A stretch of DNA of 64,000 nucleotides, taken from Candidatus Kapaibacterium sp. Its GTDB lineage: Bacteria > Bacteroidota > Ignavibacteria > Kapaibacteriales > UBA2268. The translations under genes and the position numbers were made by a program. The notes under the pieces were generated by a model. The model saw only the letters and a program-made list of their open reading frames with translations. It had not been told where the DNA came from and did no database searches. Numbering within the stretch: position 1 is the first letter of the stretch; every line of letters begins with the position of its first letter. Of this stretch, positions 49,212 through 58,761 are shown piece by piece. The stretch covers positions 256,001 through 320,000 of the forward strand of contig OY761611.1 in assembly GCA_963664875.1 (NCBI GenBank), read 5' to 3'.

Positions 49212-50306
49212 TTATTGCTGAAAAGGCTTTCCTTTTACTTTTATTATTGTATAGTTATCGTCATTATCGTCGTAGTCTGAGATTTCAGCTAAAGAGTGGA
49301 TAATTTCAACTGAATGGTCAAAAGTTTTGCTTGGGCCGGAAATTTCCACTTTGTTTGGGAATGCAATTTTCTTTTTATTTAGATTAGATTTAATAAGCCC
49401 CGGATCTTTTATAATATATTCAGGTAAATAGTGTGCAACTTCCGATGCATACTGCTCACTCAAATCTTCATCGTTAAAATATGACTGTGCAAAATCCATT
49501 GGATTAAGTTCGGCAACGTCATTATTCATAAATTCGTATTTTAAAGCGGAAATCATATCATCTTTTTGATTGTAGCTCATCACATTATTCTTGATAAAGT
49601 TTTCTGTAGAATCAAAGAACCTTTTTGATTGAATTTTAGGATTTTTATCTGCAGAAAATCCCAAAAAATCTTTGTAAAAATATTCCGCAGGCTTAGAGTC
49701 AACTGAAAACTGGTTATCGAATAAGATACAACCAAATTTGTTATTAGGCCATAATTCGCTATCTTCTGTAGTTTGTTCGTCTGTGTCGCTTCTTTCGTGA
49801 ATCATACCAAACTTAAATAGCCTTTGCTGCGGTGTTAAAAATACATCATCCAATAAGTCCAGGCGTGGTTTATCATCAACTTTTTCGAATCTTAAAGCCT
49901 CATTAACTTCAGCTTTGATAGCAATATATGCAGCATTGCCCATCGCAGTGAGAGCTTCTATAAACAATAAGTATCCACCCGGGATTGTGTTTTTCGTTTG
50001 CGCTTTAGCCAATAGCCATGCAATCTCAGACGTAGTGCGAAGAAACTGCTCGTCATCCATTGCCTGCATCTTTTGTATATGACTAAAATAGCCACCACCG
50101 TCTTTATTTTCTATAAACATTTCAAACGTTTTTGAACCATTTGTAGAAGCTTTTGCAAGCCTGTCTTTTATAATTCTGACTACATCGGGATTTATTGCAA
50201 GTAGCTTGTTATCTGGTATGGCTGTTGCATGGTTATCATCTTCCGTTTTAGCAAGTATTTTATGAATCACCATTCTTCGCACATCTAAATCATTGAAATT
50301 TATCAT
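49212..50306 (-). CDS. Nucleoid-associated protein (NA37/YejK-like family)
   Basis: RMVIHKI start, LAKAQ....IPGG, AIKAE, FLT...RLFKFG, AEYFYKDFLG pattern; AGGAG SD. Confidence 0.65.
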   Translation of the reverse strand: MINFNDLDVRRMVIHKILAKTEDDNHATAIPDNKLLAINPDVVRIIKDRLAKASTNGSKTFEMFIENKDGGGYFSHIQKMQAMDDEQFLRTTSEIAWLLAKAQTKNTIPGGYLLFIEALTAMGNAAYIAIKAEVNEALRFEKVDDKPRLDLLDDVFLTPQQRLFKFGMIHERSDTDEQTTEDSELWPNNKFGCILFDNQFSVDSKPAEYFYKDFLGFSADKNPKIQSKRFFDSTENFIKNNVMSYNQKDDMISALKYEFMNNDVAELNPMDFAQSYFNDEDLSEQYASEVAHYLPEYIIKDPGLIKSNLNKKKIAFPNKVEISGPSKTFDHSVEIIHSLAEISDYDDNDDNYTIIKVKGKPFQQ

Positions 50307-50315
50307 AATTATCTC

Positions 50316-52850
50316 CTAATCTATAGATTTTATAATTTTTATTTTCAATTCTGCATTGCTGTTAGGCTGTCTTTTTATAGGTAACTCGACGTAACCACCA
50401 GTCAGCCAAAGCTGTACTTGATTCCTGTAATTAGGATTCATTGCATCGCCGGATACACCTCCGGGTAAAGAAATATATAAAACAGAATCCTGCATGTTGG
50501 CGACAAGTCTTGCAGAGGCACCAACACGAACTGAGAAAGACTCATAAATCGGATATTCAGTATTATTGATAGTAGTATTATTTCCACCAACCTCAAACTC
50601 TCCTAATGTAACTGAAGGGCGTAGAAAATCAATCTCACTAAAAGGATGTTCTAATGTAAGTTTATGCAATTTGCCCCACCGCCAGGTTTTGCGGTTATTG
50701 CCATGATTGGTTTTCAGCATTTTAACAGCATCTTTAAAGCTTTTTAGTACAATATAGATTTTTGATTCTCTATTGTTGCGGGTGAGGATATTGTCAAATA
50801 TAGAGTTATTGTCCTGCAACAATAGCTCTAAAATCTTGCGTGTCGGAATATTGGAAATAAAAACATATTGCTTATACAAATCTATTCCAAGTTCGTCAGC
50901 AAATGTATTGAATACAATTTTCTGGAAAAATACATTAAATACAGCTGCTTCGTGGGATAGTGAACTTAGCAGGTAGTCCCATTCTTCCAAATCTTTTAAA
51001 CATTTTATCTCTAATGAATCTAAAAGATGACTTTGGCTTTTTACAATGGGCAATGTAAGTTTCAAAAATTGTTTTGCGTAAGGGGAAACGTAATCATTTT
51101 GAATAAACTGAATATCTCTTGTGCTAAATTCAAGCGGTTCATTTAATAAAGCATCAATTCTTCTGGCGCGTGATGCCGGTTCCCAATGCGAACCAATATG
51201 CTCGGGAAAAGATCTATCTAGCTTGTTATTTGCCGAGAAGACATATTTTTTTTCAGGATTATAAATACAAGGCAAATTAGTTTTTGTGTAAGCCGAAGAC
51301 CAATCTAACTCATTATCCCAAGTTGGATTAGGTATATTGGGATTAGTTTTGTTTCTACCCGGAATTTTGGCGAATGGTACTATCCCGATATTACCTTTTT
51401 TGTCTGAGTAAGTAATATTTAGAGCAGGTAGAGTCCAAGTTTTAGTTGCATTTTTAAAAGTATTCCAATCTTTAGCTTTGTTAATTTGATATAGGCTTAA
51501 GATTTCGTCAGAGCTTGCATGGGCAAGCCATTTATAGGTCAATACATATTTTGAAAGGAGATCATTCTTATAATTATCAGTAAAAGGAAGTAAACTGTTT
51601 TTACCTTTCCACAAATGATAGTCTGACATTACAGCAGATTTATTGGTATAGCGTCTGTAATAAATTTTATTATCAGCATTACTTATCTTTATTGTATCTA
51701 AAACATACTCGAAATCTACGTATTTATTATCTCTATTAGAATAATATTTTTTTCCTGTTTCATTTACTTTTTCTATAAAAAAGTCACAATCGTCCAGCAT
51801 AAGATTTGTAATACCCCATGCGATATCGTCATTTCTTCCCGACAAAATCAAAGGAATACCGGGAAGCGAAAGACCTGTAGCATTGTAGCTATTCGAAGAT
51901 AGGTGAATAGGATACCATTTGGGAGGTAAGGAAAGCAAAAGATGTGGATCGTTTGCCATAATTGTATTATTGTTTTTTGGATCTGTTTTGCTGGCTCTAA
52001 CAGCCCATGAATTACTGCCAAATGAACCTGAGGAATAACCTAATTTCTCTCTGATTGTAAGCAATTCAGGTATAAAATTGGAAATAAAGTTACCTGTACC
52101 CAGACGATTTTTTGCAGTAATACTATCAGATACATTAGTATCAATCGAATCTAAATCAGACTTTGCTGCAGTCTGATCAGTAACAAAAGGAGCAGACCAA
52201 GGGTATTCCGGCAAATAATTACTCAATGACTCTATTCCGTATTTTTCTGCAATACTTCCAAAAGTAGGATCTAACCAAAAACTAAAGGACATCTCAAAGG
52301 TAAGTGCCTTGGAAATTAAAATGCAGTCTGTAGCTTGCCATTCTTCAGGTAAATAATTGAGTGCTCCGAACTCGAAAGAAAACTTGGTCTTATTATTTCG
52401 GATAAATTGATTGACACCTGCACTGTATGCTTCTAAAATACTCTTAGATTTTTTACTGAGTTGTTCAAATATTTTTCGAGAAGAATCTTTCAAATCAAGC
52501 GAGCGCATAAAAAAATCAACGTCTAAGGTTCGCTCTCCAAATATTTCCGAAAGCCTGCCTGTCGCTAAACGTCTTGTATAGTCCATTTGCCATAAACGGT
52601 CTTGCGCATGAAGATACCCTTGTGCAAAAAACAAATCAGACTCATATTTAGTCACAACATGAGCTATTCCATAAAAATCTTTATAGATTTCAATATCGTT
52701 TCTAATTTCAGAGTTTTCTTCTTCGTAATAGTCTTCAGATACAGATACTGTTGTAAGCCATACTGAAAAAGAAAAAACTGCCAGGAATATAACTACAAGT
52801 GTTAGCAGTAAAACAGTTAAGTTCCTCAATAATTTTGAACTTATAACCAT
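50316..52850 (-). CDS. Penicillin acylase family (S45) Ntn-hydrolase, membrane-anchored
   Basis: DFYGIAH, AQGYLHAQDRLWQMD, GSNSW nucleophile, ANDPHL, GRNDDIAWGITN, SANNK; ATG 52850 with AGGAG SD. Confidence 0.93.
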   Translation of the reverse strand: MVISSKLLRNLTVLLLTLVVIFLAVFSFSVWLTTVSVSEDYYEEENSEIRNDIEIYKDFYGIAHVVTKYESDLFFAQGYLHAQDRLWQMDYTRRLATGRLSEIFGERTLDVDFFMRSLDLKDSSRKIFEQLSKKSKSILEAYSAGVNQFIRNNKTKFSFEFGALNYLPEEWQATDCILISKALTFEMSFSFWLDPTFGSIAEKYGIESLSNYLPEYPWSAPFVTDQTAAKSDLDSIDTNVSDSITAKNRLGTGNFISNFIPELLTIREKLGYSSGSFGSNSWAVRASKTDPKNNNTIMANDPHLLLSLPPKWYPIHLSSNSYNATGLSLPGIPLILSGRNDDIAWGITNLMLDDCDFFIEKVNETGKKYYSNRDNKYVDFEYVLDTIKISNADNKIYYRRYTNKSAVMSDYHLWKGKNSLLPFTDNYKNDLLSKYVLTYKWLAHASSDEILSLYQINKAKDWNTFKNATKTWTLPALNITYSDKKGNIGIVPFAKIPGRNKTNPNIPNPTWDNELDWSSAYTKTNLPCIYNPEKKYVFSANNKLDRSFPEHIGSHWEPASRARRIDALLNEPLEFSTRDIQFIQNDYVSPYAKQFLKLTLPIVKSQSHLLDSLEIKCLKDLEEWDYLLSSLSHEAAVFNVFFQKIVFNTFADELGIDLYKQYVFISNIPTRKILELLLQDNNSIFDNILTRNNRESKIYIVLKSFKDAVKMLKTNHGNNRKTWRWGKLHKLTLEHPFSEIDFLRPSVTLGEFEVGGNNTTINNTEYPIYESFSVRVGASARLVANMQDSVLYISLPGGVSGDAMNPNYRNQVQLWLTGGYVELPIKRQPNSNAELKIKIIKSID

Positions 52851-53824
52851 TTGTTCTCCTGATACCATTTGACTGTATCTTTTATCCCATCTTCTAATGA
52901 CATTTTCTGTGTATAACCGAAATCTTTTTTTGCTTTATCTACTGAGCAAGTCCAATAGCTTTGTATGAAATCTATTCCTTTTTCGTAGTTAAAAACAGGA
53001 GGCTTTTTAGAAAACTTCCCAAAAAATTCGGATACTCCTGCTAATCCCAAAACGACAGCATGGGGAATTTTTAGTTTTACAATATTCTTTCCAAAAGCTT
53101 TTCCAATTTCAGGAATGACTTTATCCCATGTATAAAATTCTTCAGAAGAGATGAAGTATGTTTCGTCTATTGTGTTACTACTCTCTGCAGCTTCTATCAT
53201 GCCACGCGTCAAATCATCAGAATGAATAAGGCTTACGTACTTTTTGTCGAAACCGATTAGAGTACCCAATCCATATTTCGCAATTTTAAAAATATCAAAT
53301 ATTGCAGTGTCTCGAGGTCCAAATACCGCAGGAGCTCTAACTATTGTATAAGGTATTTTACCTTTGAATTTGTGAACTTCGTCTTCTGCAGCCTTTTTAC
53401 TATTTCCGTAAGATGTAAGCGGTTTTGGAGGCATATCTTCAGTTTTAGGATTTTCCAAAGCATCAGAAGGCCCGGCAACAGTTTGCGAACTCACATGTAA
53501 AAATCTGGATATTTTTGTTTGTGTTTCTTCTATCGCTTCAAGCAAATTACGCGTACCGTCTCTATTGCCTTTTAGAAACTCATCATAGTTTTTCGCGAAT
53601 GTTAAACCTGCCACATGGAAAACAATGTCAATATCTTTTAGTGCAGATTTTAGACTTTCTTTATCATCCAAAGATGCGTTTACAAGCTCTATTGGTTTGT
53701 TTTCAAGCCAACGCAAATTACTCGATTTTCTTACGATGCAGCGTACTTCATATCCTTTGCTTAATAATTTGTCAGCAACATGGCTGCCGATAAATCCGGT
53801 GGCTCCTGTGACTAAAGCTTTCAT
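52841..53824 (-). CDS. NAD-dependent epimerase/dehydratase (extended SDR)
   Basis: VTGATGFIG, HVAG, VSS, YGNSK (YxxxK), VFGPRD. Confidence 0.92.
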   Translation of the reverse strand: MKALVTGATGFIGSHVADKLLSKGYEVRCIVRKSSNLRWLENKPIELVNASLDDKESLKSALKDIDIVFHVAGLTFAKNYDEFLKGNRDGTRNLLEAIEETQTKISRFLHVSSQTVAGPSDALENPKTEDMPPKPLTSYGNSKKAAEDEVHKFKGKIPYTIVRAPAVFGPRDTAIFDIFKIAKYGLGTLIGFDKKYVSLIHSDDLTRGMIEAAESSNTIDETYFISSEEFYTWDKVIPEIGKAFGKNIVKLKIPHAVVLGLAGVSEFFGKFSKKPPVFNYEKGIDFIQSYWTCSVDKAKKDFGYTQKMSLEDGIKDTVKWYQENKWL

Positions 53825-54084
53825 TTTCTTTCCGATGAATGATAAAAAAGTTTATAGCAAAAATAGCTTAAACAGATTGGACAAACAAATCAAAACAAAA
53901 CTAATACATAGTCAAATTAACAAAAAATATAAGAGAAAAACACGCAATTTTGATTAGTTAATATGCTTTCCAAGTAATATATTAGATTTCAGGAAAAAAA
54001 GAATTTTTTGTGTAGATTATTAAACTAATTATCATATCTTATCGTAAATCATTGAGACAATAAAATACAATCTTTGAGGTATAG

Positions 54085-56592
54085 ATGAAAAAAGCAGTTA
54101 TCATGGCAGGCGGATTTGGTACACGTTTGCGACCACTCACTATGACAATCCCTAAACCTATGGTACCAATTATAAATATTCCTATGATGGAACATATTGT
54201 CAATTTGCTAAAAAATCATGGGATAACAGAAATAGTATCACTGCTTTATTTTCAACCGGATAAGATAACAGACTATTTCGAGAATGGTTCACGTTTCGGG
54301 ATTAGCATGAACTATGTAGCTGCTCAAGCCGATTATGGTACTGCAGGCAGCGTAAAAAATGCTTATGAATACCTTAATGAGAGATTTATTATCATCAGTG
54401 GTGATGTACTAACTGATTTTGATCTCGATAAGGCTATCAAATTCCATGAAGAAAAACAATCGAAAGCAACTCTCTTGTTGACAAGAGTTGAAAGACCTTT
54501 GCAATATGGTATTGTTATGACTGACGATGATGGCAGAATTACAAGATTTTTGGAGAAACCATCTTGGGGTCAGGTATTTTCTGATACAATAAATACAGGT
54601 ATTTACATTATCGAACCAGAAGTTCTTGACTTAATACCTTATCAGGAAGATTTTGATTTTAGTAAAGATTTATTCCCAATGATGCTTTCCAAAAACATGC
54701 CTCTTTTTGGATATATCACCGAAGGGTACTGGAAAGATGTGGGTAATCTGAACGAATATCAGGCTGGTCAGGCTGACGCTCTTGCAGGAAAATTGAATTT
54801 ATCTGTCAGTGGTTACAAAATTGGTGAAAGCAAGGTCCACGAAACAGCTTATATAGCACCTTCTGCAAGACTTGAAGGGAATAATGTTATTGGTAAGAAT
54901 GTAAAAATCAGTGAAGAAGCAATTTTAAGAAACAGCGTCATTGGAGATAATTCTGAAATAGGCAGAGGCAGCATTCTTACAAATGTAACCTTGTGGGATA
55001 GTGTGAAGATTGGTGATTTTTGCGAGATTACTGATGATGTGATATGTGACGGTACTCAAATAGGTGATGCTGTAACCATATCTGAAAATGTATTCATTGC
55101 TGAGGATTGTCAAATAGAAGACTCTGCAACACTAAATTCAAATATTAAGTTGTGGCCCGGTAAAAAGGTAGAATCCGGGGCGTTCTTGGCTACTTCCATG
55201 GTGCAAGAGCAAAAGTGGTTGAAAGAGCTTTTTACCGACGCACGTATCTCAGGTGCTTCTAATATTGAAATCAATCCGGAATTTGGAGCAAAACTTGGCT
55301 CTGCTCTCGGACTCACTTTAGGTAAAAAAGCAAACATCCTAGTGAGTCGAGATGCACATAATGTTTCGAGAATTGTAAAACGCTCAATTTCTGCCGGTGC
55401 GGCATCCGTAGGTGTAAATATAAATGACCTTCAGGTTGTTTCTATTCCACAAACCAGACAGGAATTAAGAACAGGCAGATACGACGCAGGATTTCACGTA
55501 AGAAGATCTCCACGCAATCCGAATAATACCGATATTATCATATTTAATAAAGACGGACGGGATTTCTCTCTTGGGAACACACAAAAAGTTGAACGTTATT
55601 TCTTTGGAGAAGAAATCAAAAGAGTTGTGCCTGATGAAGTAGGAACAATAAAATATCCTGAAAGAGCCAATGAAATATATCTAAATAGATTCATTGAGTC
55701 ACTAAATGTAGATGAGATAAGAGAAAGACGATTCAGACTTATCATGGATTACTCATTTGGTTTGGCATCAACTATTTTGCCGAGTATTCTGGGTAAGCTG
55801 GGAGCTGAAGTCATTTCCCTAAATAACTATGTAGATTCTGCAAGATTCCATCCTGATCCGATAGAAGATGCTTCAGGCTCTGATGATACAGGCAAAATGA
55901 TGCGTTCATTAGGATATGATTTAGGTTTCCGAATAGAATCTGGTGCAGAAAAAATTTCTTTGATAGACGAAAGAGGAGTATGGTATTCTCACGATAGACT
56001 ACTGACTATAGTTACTAAACTATTCTTGGAAACACACAAAGATAGAGAACCTTACAAAATCGCTGTATCAATTTGTGCTTCCAAAGAAATAGATGAAGTT
56101 GCTAAAGATTACAATGTCGAAGTGATTAGGATTAAAAATTCTCACTCTGCAATGATGGATGCTACTTTGGACCCTGAAGTGATTTTTGTTGGTGGAGTTT
56201 ATGGTGGGTTTATCTTCAGAGGCTTTATTTTTGCTTCAGACGGTATGTTTACGGTTGGTCAAATTCTGGAAATGCTTGCTCAAACAAAATATAAAGTGTG
56301 GGAACTTGACGAGCTACTTCCTCGCAGAAGACAGCACACATTAGAAGTATCAGTAAATTGGAACGCAAAAGGAAGAGTTATGCGTAAAGCTATGGAGTTT
56401 ACTGAAAACCTGAGCCGCGAGCTCATTGAAGGTGTAAAAGTACACTATGATAATGGAGATTGCGTTCTTATGCTGCCTGCTAAAGAAAAGGGTGCTTTTA
56501 CAGTTATAGGGGAAAGCGAACAGTACGATCAAGCTATTGCTTTAGCCAAAAAGTATTCCAATCTTATCAATCAATGGAAAGAAGACTTGTAA
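54085..56592 (+). CDS. Mannose-1-phosphate guanylyltransferase-like nucleotidyltransferase + hexapeptide repeats + phosphomannomutase-like domains
   Basis: MAGGFGTRLRPLT..PKPM, GTAGSV, ISGD, FLEKP, DFSKDLFP, YWKDVG; LbH repeats; C-terminal PGM/PMM-like fold. Confidence 0.9.
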   Translation: MKKAVIMAGGFGTRLRPLTMTIPKPMVPIINIPMMEHIVNLLKNHGITEIVSLLYFQPDKITDYFENGSRFGISMNYVAAQADYGTAGSVKNAYEYLNERFIIISGDVLTDFDLDKAIKFHEEKQSKATLLLTRVERPLQYGIVMTDDDGRITRFLEKPSWGQVFSDTINTGIYIIEPEVLDLIPYQEDFDFSKDLFPMMLSKNMPLFGYITEGYWKDVGNLNEYQAGQADALAGKLNLSVSGYKIGESKVHETAYIAPSARLEGNNVIGKNVKISEEAILRNSVIGDNSEIGRGSILTNVTLWDSVKIGDFCEITDDVICDGTQIGDAVTISENVFIAEDCQIEDSATLNSNIKLWPGKKVESGAFLATSMVQEQKWLKELFTDARISGASNIEINPEFGAKLGSALGLTLGKKANILVSRDAHNVSRIVKRSISAGAASVGVNINDLQVVSIPQTRQELRTGRYDAGFHVRRSPRNPNNTDIIIFNKDGRDFSLGNTQKVERYFFGEEIKRVVPDEVGTIKYPERANEIYLNRFIESLNVDEIRERRFRLIMDYSFGLASTILPSILGKLGAEVISLNNYVDSARFHPDPIEDASGSDDTGKMMRSLGYDLGFRIESGAEKISLIDERGVWYSHDRLLTIVTKLFLETHKDREPYKIAVSICASKEIDEVAKDYNVEVIRIKNSHSAMMDATLDPEVIFVGGVYGGFIFRGFIFASDGMFTVGQILEMLAQTKYKVWELDELLPRRRQHTLEVSVNWNAKGRVMRKAMEFTENLSRELIEGVKVHYDNGDCVLMLPAKEKGAFTVIGESEQYDQAIALAKKYSNLINQWKEDL

Positions 56593-56638
56593 TTTTTGTG
56601 CATTTCTTTAAATAATTTAGTATTTTTGCTAAGCATTA

Positions 56639-56669
56639 ACCCGTTAGTGTAGTAGATACATTAACGGGT
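56639..56669 (+). terminator. 13-bp hairpin between nucleotidyltransferase and PTS IIA genes (terminator or leader structure)
   Basis: ACCCGTTAGTGTA-gtaga-TACATTAACGGGT followed by ATATTTT. Confidence 0.55.
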
Positions 56670-56711
56670 ATATTTTAGCCTTATAGTTTGAAAATTCTTA
56701 CCGGATAAAAA

Positions 56712-57176
56712 ATGAAAATAACTGATATTTTAAACAAAGACACTCTTGATGTCAGAGTAAAAGCTGATAATAAAGATGAAGCTCTTAAAATCTTAGTAGA
56801 AGTTGCGGCAAAGTCCGGGAAGATAAATGATGTTGCGATAGCTCTTCAAGAAGTATTTGCAAGAGAAGATGTCATGTCCACCGGTGTCGGCAAAGGTATC
56901 GCTCTTCCTCACGCTAAAACAAATGCTGTCAAAGCTCAAATTGCTGCCTGTATCACTTTAGAAGAGCCTATTGATTTCGACGCTCTCGACGGGGAGCCTG
57001 TCGATATTCTTTTCCTTATTTTGGGTAGAGAAGATAATGTGGGAGCTCACTTGCGGATGTTAAGTAAAATATCTCGTTTAATGAACAACGACTCTTTTAG
57101 AGCACAGTTACTTTCAGCGAATTCGCCGGAACAGATGGAAAAGATATTTATGACAATGGATGAAGGTGAAAATTAG
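56712..57176 (+). CDS. Stand-alone PTS IIA (fructose/nitrogen, PtsN-like)
   Basis: REDVMSTGVGKGIALPHAK (phospho-His), IDFDALDGEPV, HLRMLSKISR. Confidence 0.93.
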   Translation: MKITDILNKDTLDVRVKADNKDEALKILVEVAAKSGKINDVAIALQEVFAREDVMSTGVGKGIALPHAKTNAVKAQIAACITLEEPIDFDALDGEPVDILFLILGREDNVGAHLRMLSKISRLMNNDSFRAQLLSANSPEQMEKIFMTMDEGEN

Positions 57177-57178
57177 TA

Positions 57179-57586
57179 ATGCGTCTAATTTTAGTTTTAA
57201 ATGGGTATGAGAATAACTATTTACAAGTGCATGGTTTTTCTAAAGAAGATACCAAAATATTGAAATTTGACGAAAAGAAACTTGCTGCACCTTCTGAAAT
57301 TATCAAAATGATAAATAACAATTCCGTTTCGGAATTCTATGTTGCTTCAAGAGAACTGGGGTTGCAAAGGTTTAAAACCTTTATAAAATTATATATTTTA
57401 TTGTCCAAAGCAAAATCCGGTGGCATTATAGACGAATACGGCAACAAAGATAGATATTCGCTATCTAAATTGATTGTCAATGAGTTGCCGATGTTATTTA
57501 TCGAGATTCTTGTAAGTGTTCTTGTTGTTGTATATTCTTATATTAAATTTCCTCTGATGAAATGGATACTCAAAAAGAAAATCTAA
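57179..57586 (+). CDS. Hypothetical protein with C-terminal TM helix
   Basis: 135-aa ORF packed between PTS IIA (2-nt gap) and GT4 (overlap). Confidence 0.65.
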   Translation: MRLILVLNGYENNYLQVHGFSKEDTKILKFDEKKLAAPSEIIKMINNNSVSEFYVASRELGLQRFKTFIKLYILLSKAKSGGIIDEYGNKDRYSLSKLIVNELPMLFIEILVSVLVVVYSYIKFPLMKWILKKKI

Positions 57587-58761
57587 AAATTATGTTTTGG
57601 CGTACTGATTACTATGGAGCAATCACTGAAGGTGGAGTTGCTTCATTGCACTTAGGACTAATAAACGGCTTTAGAAAAATGGGACATTCATGCAGCTATG
57701 TTTCTTCAGGGCGAATGATTCTCCCAAATGATGTGAACTACCATTTTATACCTCACAATAAATTATTGCGAAACTTCCCTGAAATAATAAATTTGCCTTA
57801 TAACAATTCTTCTTTTAAAGCACTAGCAAAAATAATTGACAAAGAAAAACCTGACTTTATTTTGCAGCATAATCATGATTTTAACTATGGTGGTGCGCTT
57901 TTAAAGAAAAAGATAGGATTACCTCTGTTGTTACATTGCGATGGTGTTGAATATTGGATAAAGAAGAACTGGGGCAAACTTTACTTTGGCAAACTTCTAA
58001 AATGGGCAGAAGAAATGCAGTGGGATGCTGCAGACGCAATTTTTGTGCCTTCTCAAAACGTAAAAAAACAGATGGTCGAATTAGGTGTGGATTCTGAGAA
58101 AATTGTAGTAAATCCTAATGCAGTTGATCCTGATAACTTTTCACCAGAGATTGACGGGACTAAAATAAAAGCAAAATACAATTTGAAGAATAGATTTGTA
58201 TGCGGTTTTGTTGGTACATTTGGTCGTTGGCATGGAGTTGATTATTTAGCTGAATCGGTTAAGTGGTTGAAAAACAATATTCCTAATGCATTTGTATTGT
58301 TTGTAGGCGATGGTGAGTTACGACCTAAAATTGAAGAAATATTAGATAAATATGATCCAACAAGAGAGTACTCGCTTGTAACCGGTCTTGTGCCTTATAA
58401 AGAAGTGCCTGAGTATATGGCAGCGTGCGATGTGTTGCTGACACCATGCATAGGCAATGATGAAGGAACTGATTTTTTCAATAGTCCTATTAAGCTATTC
58501 GAATATATGGCAATGGAAAAGCCTGTAATCGCTACTAATATAGGCCAACAAGGTGAGATTTTCAGGGATAGAGATAATGGTATTTTGATTGATGAACGCA
58601 GCCCTGAGCAAATATATGAATCAATAAAGCTTTTATATGAAGATTCTGAGCTTGCTAAGTCTATAGCTAAAAACGCAAGGATAGAAGTCCTTCAAAAATA
58701 CGACTGGCGAGTAAACTGCCAAAGATTTTTGGATGCATATAACAAAACTAAAAATCAATAA
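57562..58761 (+). CDS. Glycosyltransferase family 4
   Basis: VNPNAVD, GFVGTFGRWHGVD, VGDGEL, SPIKLFEYMAM.KPVI. Confidence 0.92.
   Translation: MDTQKENLKIMFWRTDYYGAITEGGVASLHLGLINGFRKMGHSCSYVSSGRMILPNDVNYHFIPHNKLLRNFPEIINLPYNNSSFKALAKIIDKEKPDFILQHNHDFNYGGALLKKKIGLPLLLHCDGVEYWIKKNWGKLYFGKLLKWAEEMQWDAADAIFVPSQNVKKQMVELGVDSEKIVVNPNAVDPDNFSPEIDGTKIKAKYNLKNRFVCGFVGTFGRWHGVDYLAESVKWLKNNIPNAFVLFVGDGELRPKIEEILDKYDPTREYSLVTGLVPYKEVPEYMAACDVLLTPCIGNDEGTDFFNSPIKLFEYMAMEKPVIATNIGQQGEIFRDRDNGILIDERSPEQIYESIKLLYEDSELAKSIAKNARIEVLQKYDWRVNCQRFLDAYNKTKNQ

Noticed and set aside
53625-53957. 110-aa plus-strand ORF extending into the divergent intergenic region
   Set aside because: Mostly antisense to the epimerase; the tail is low-complexity A-rich promoter DNA
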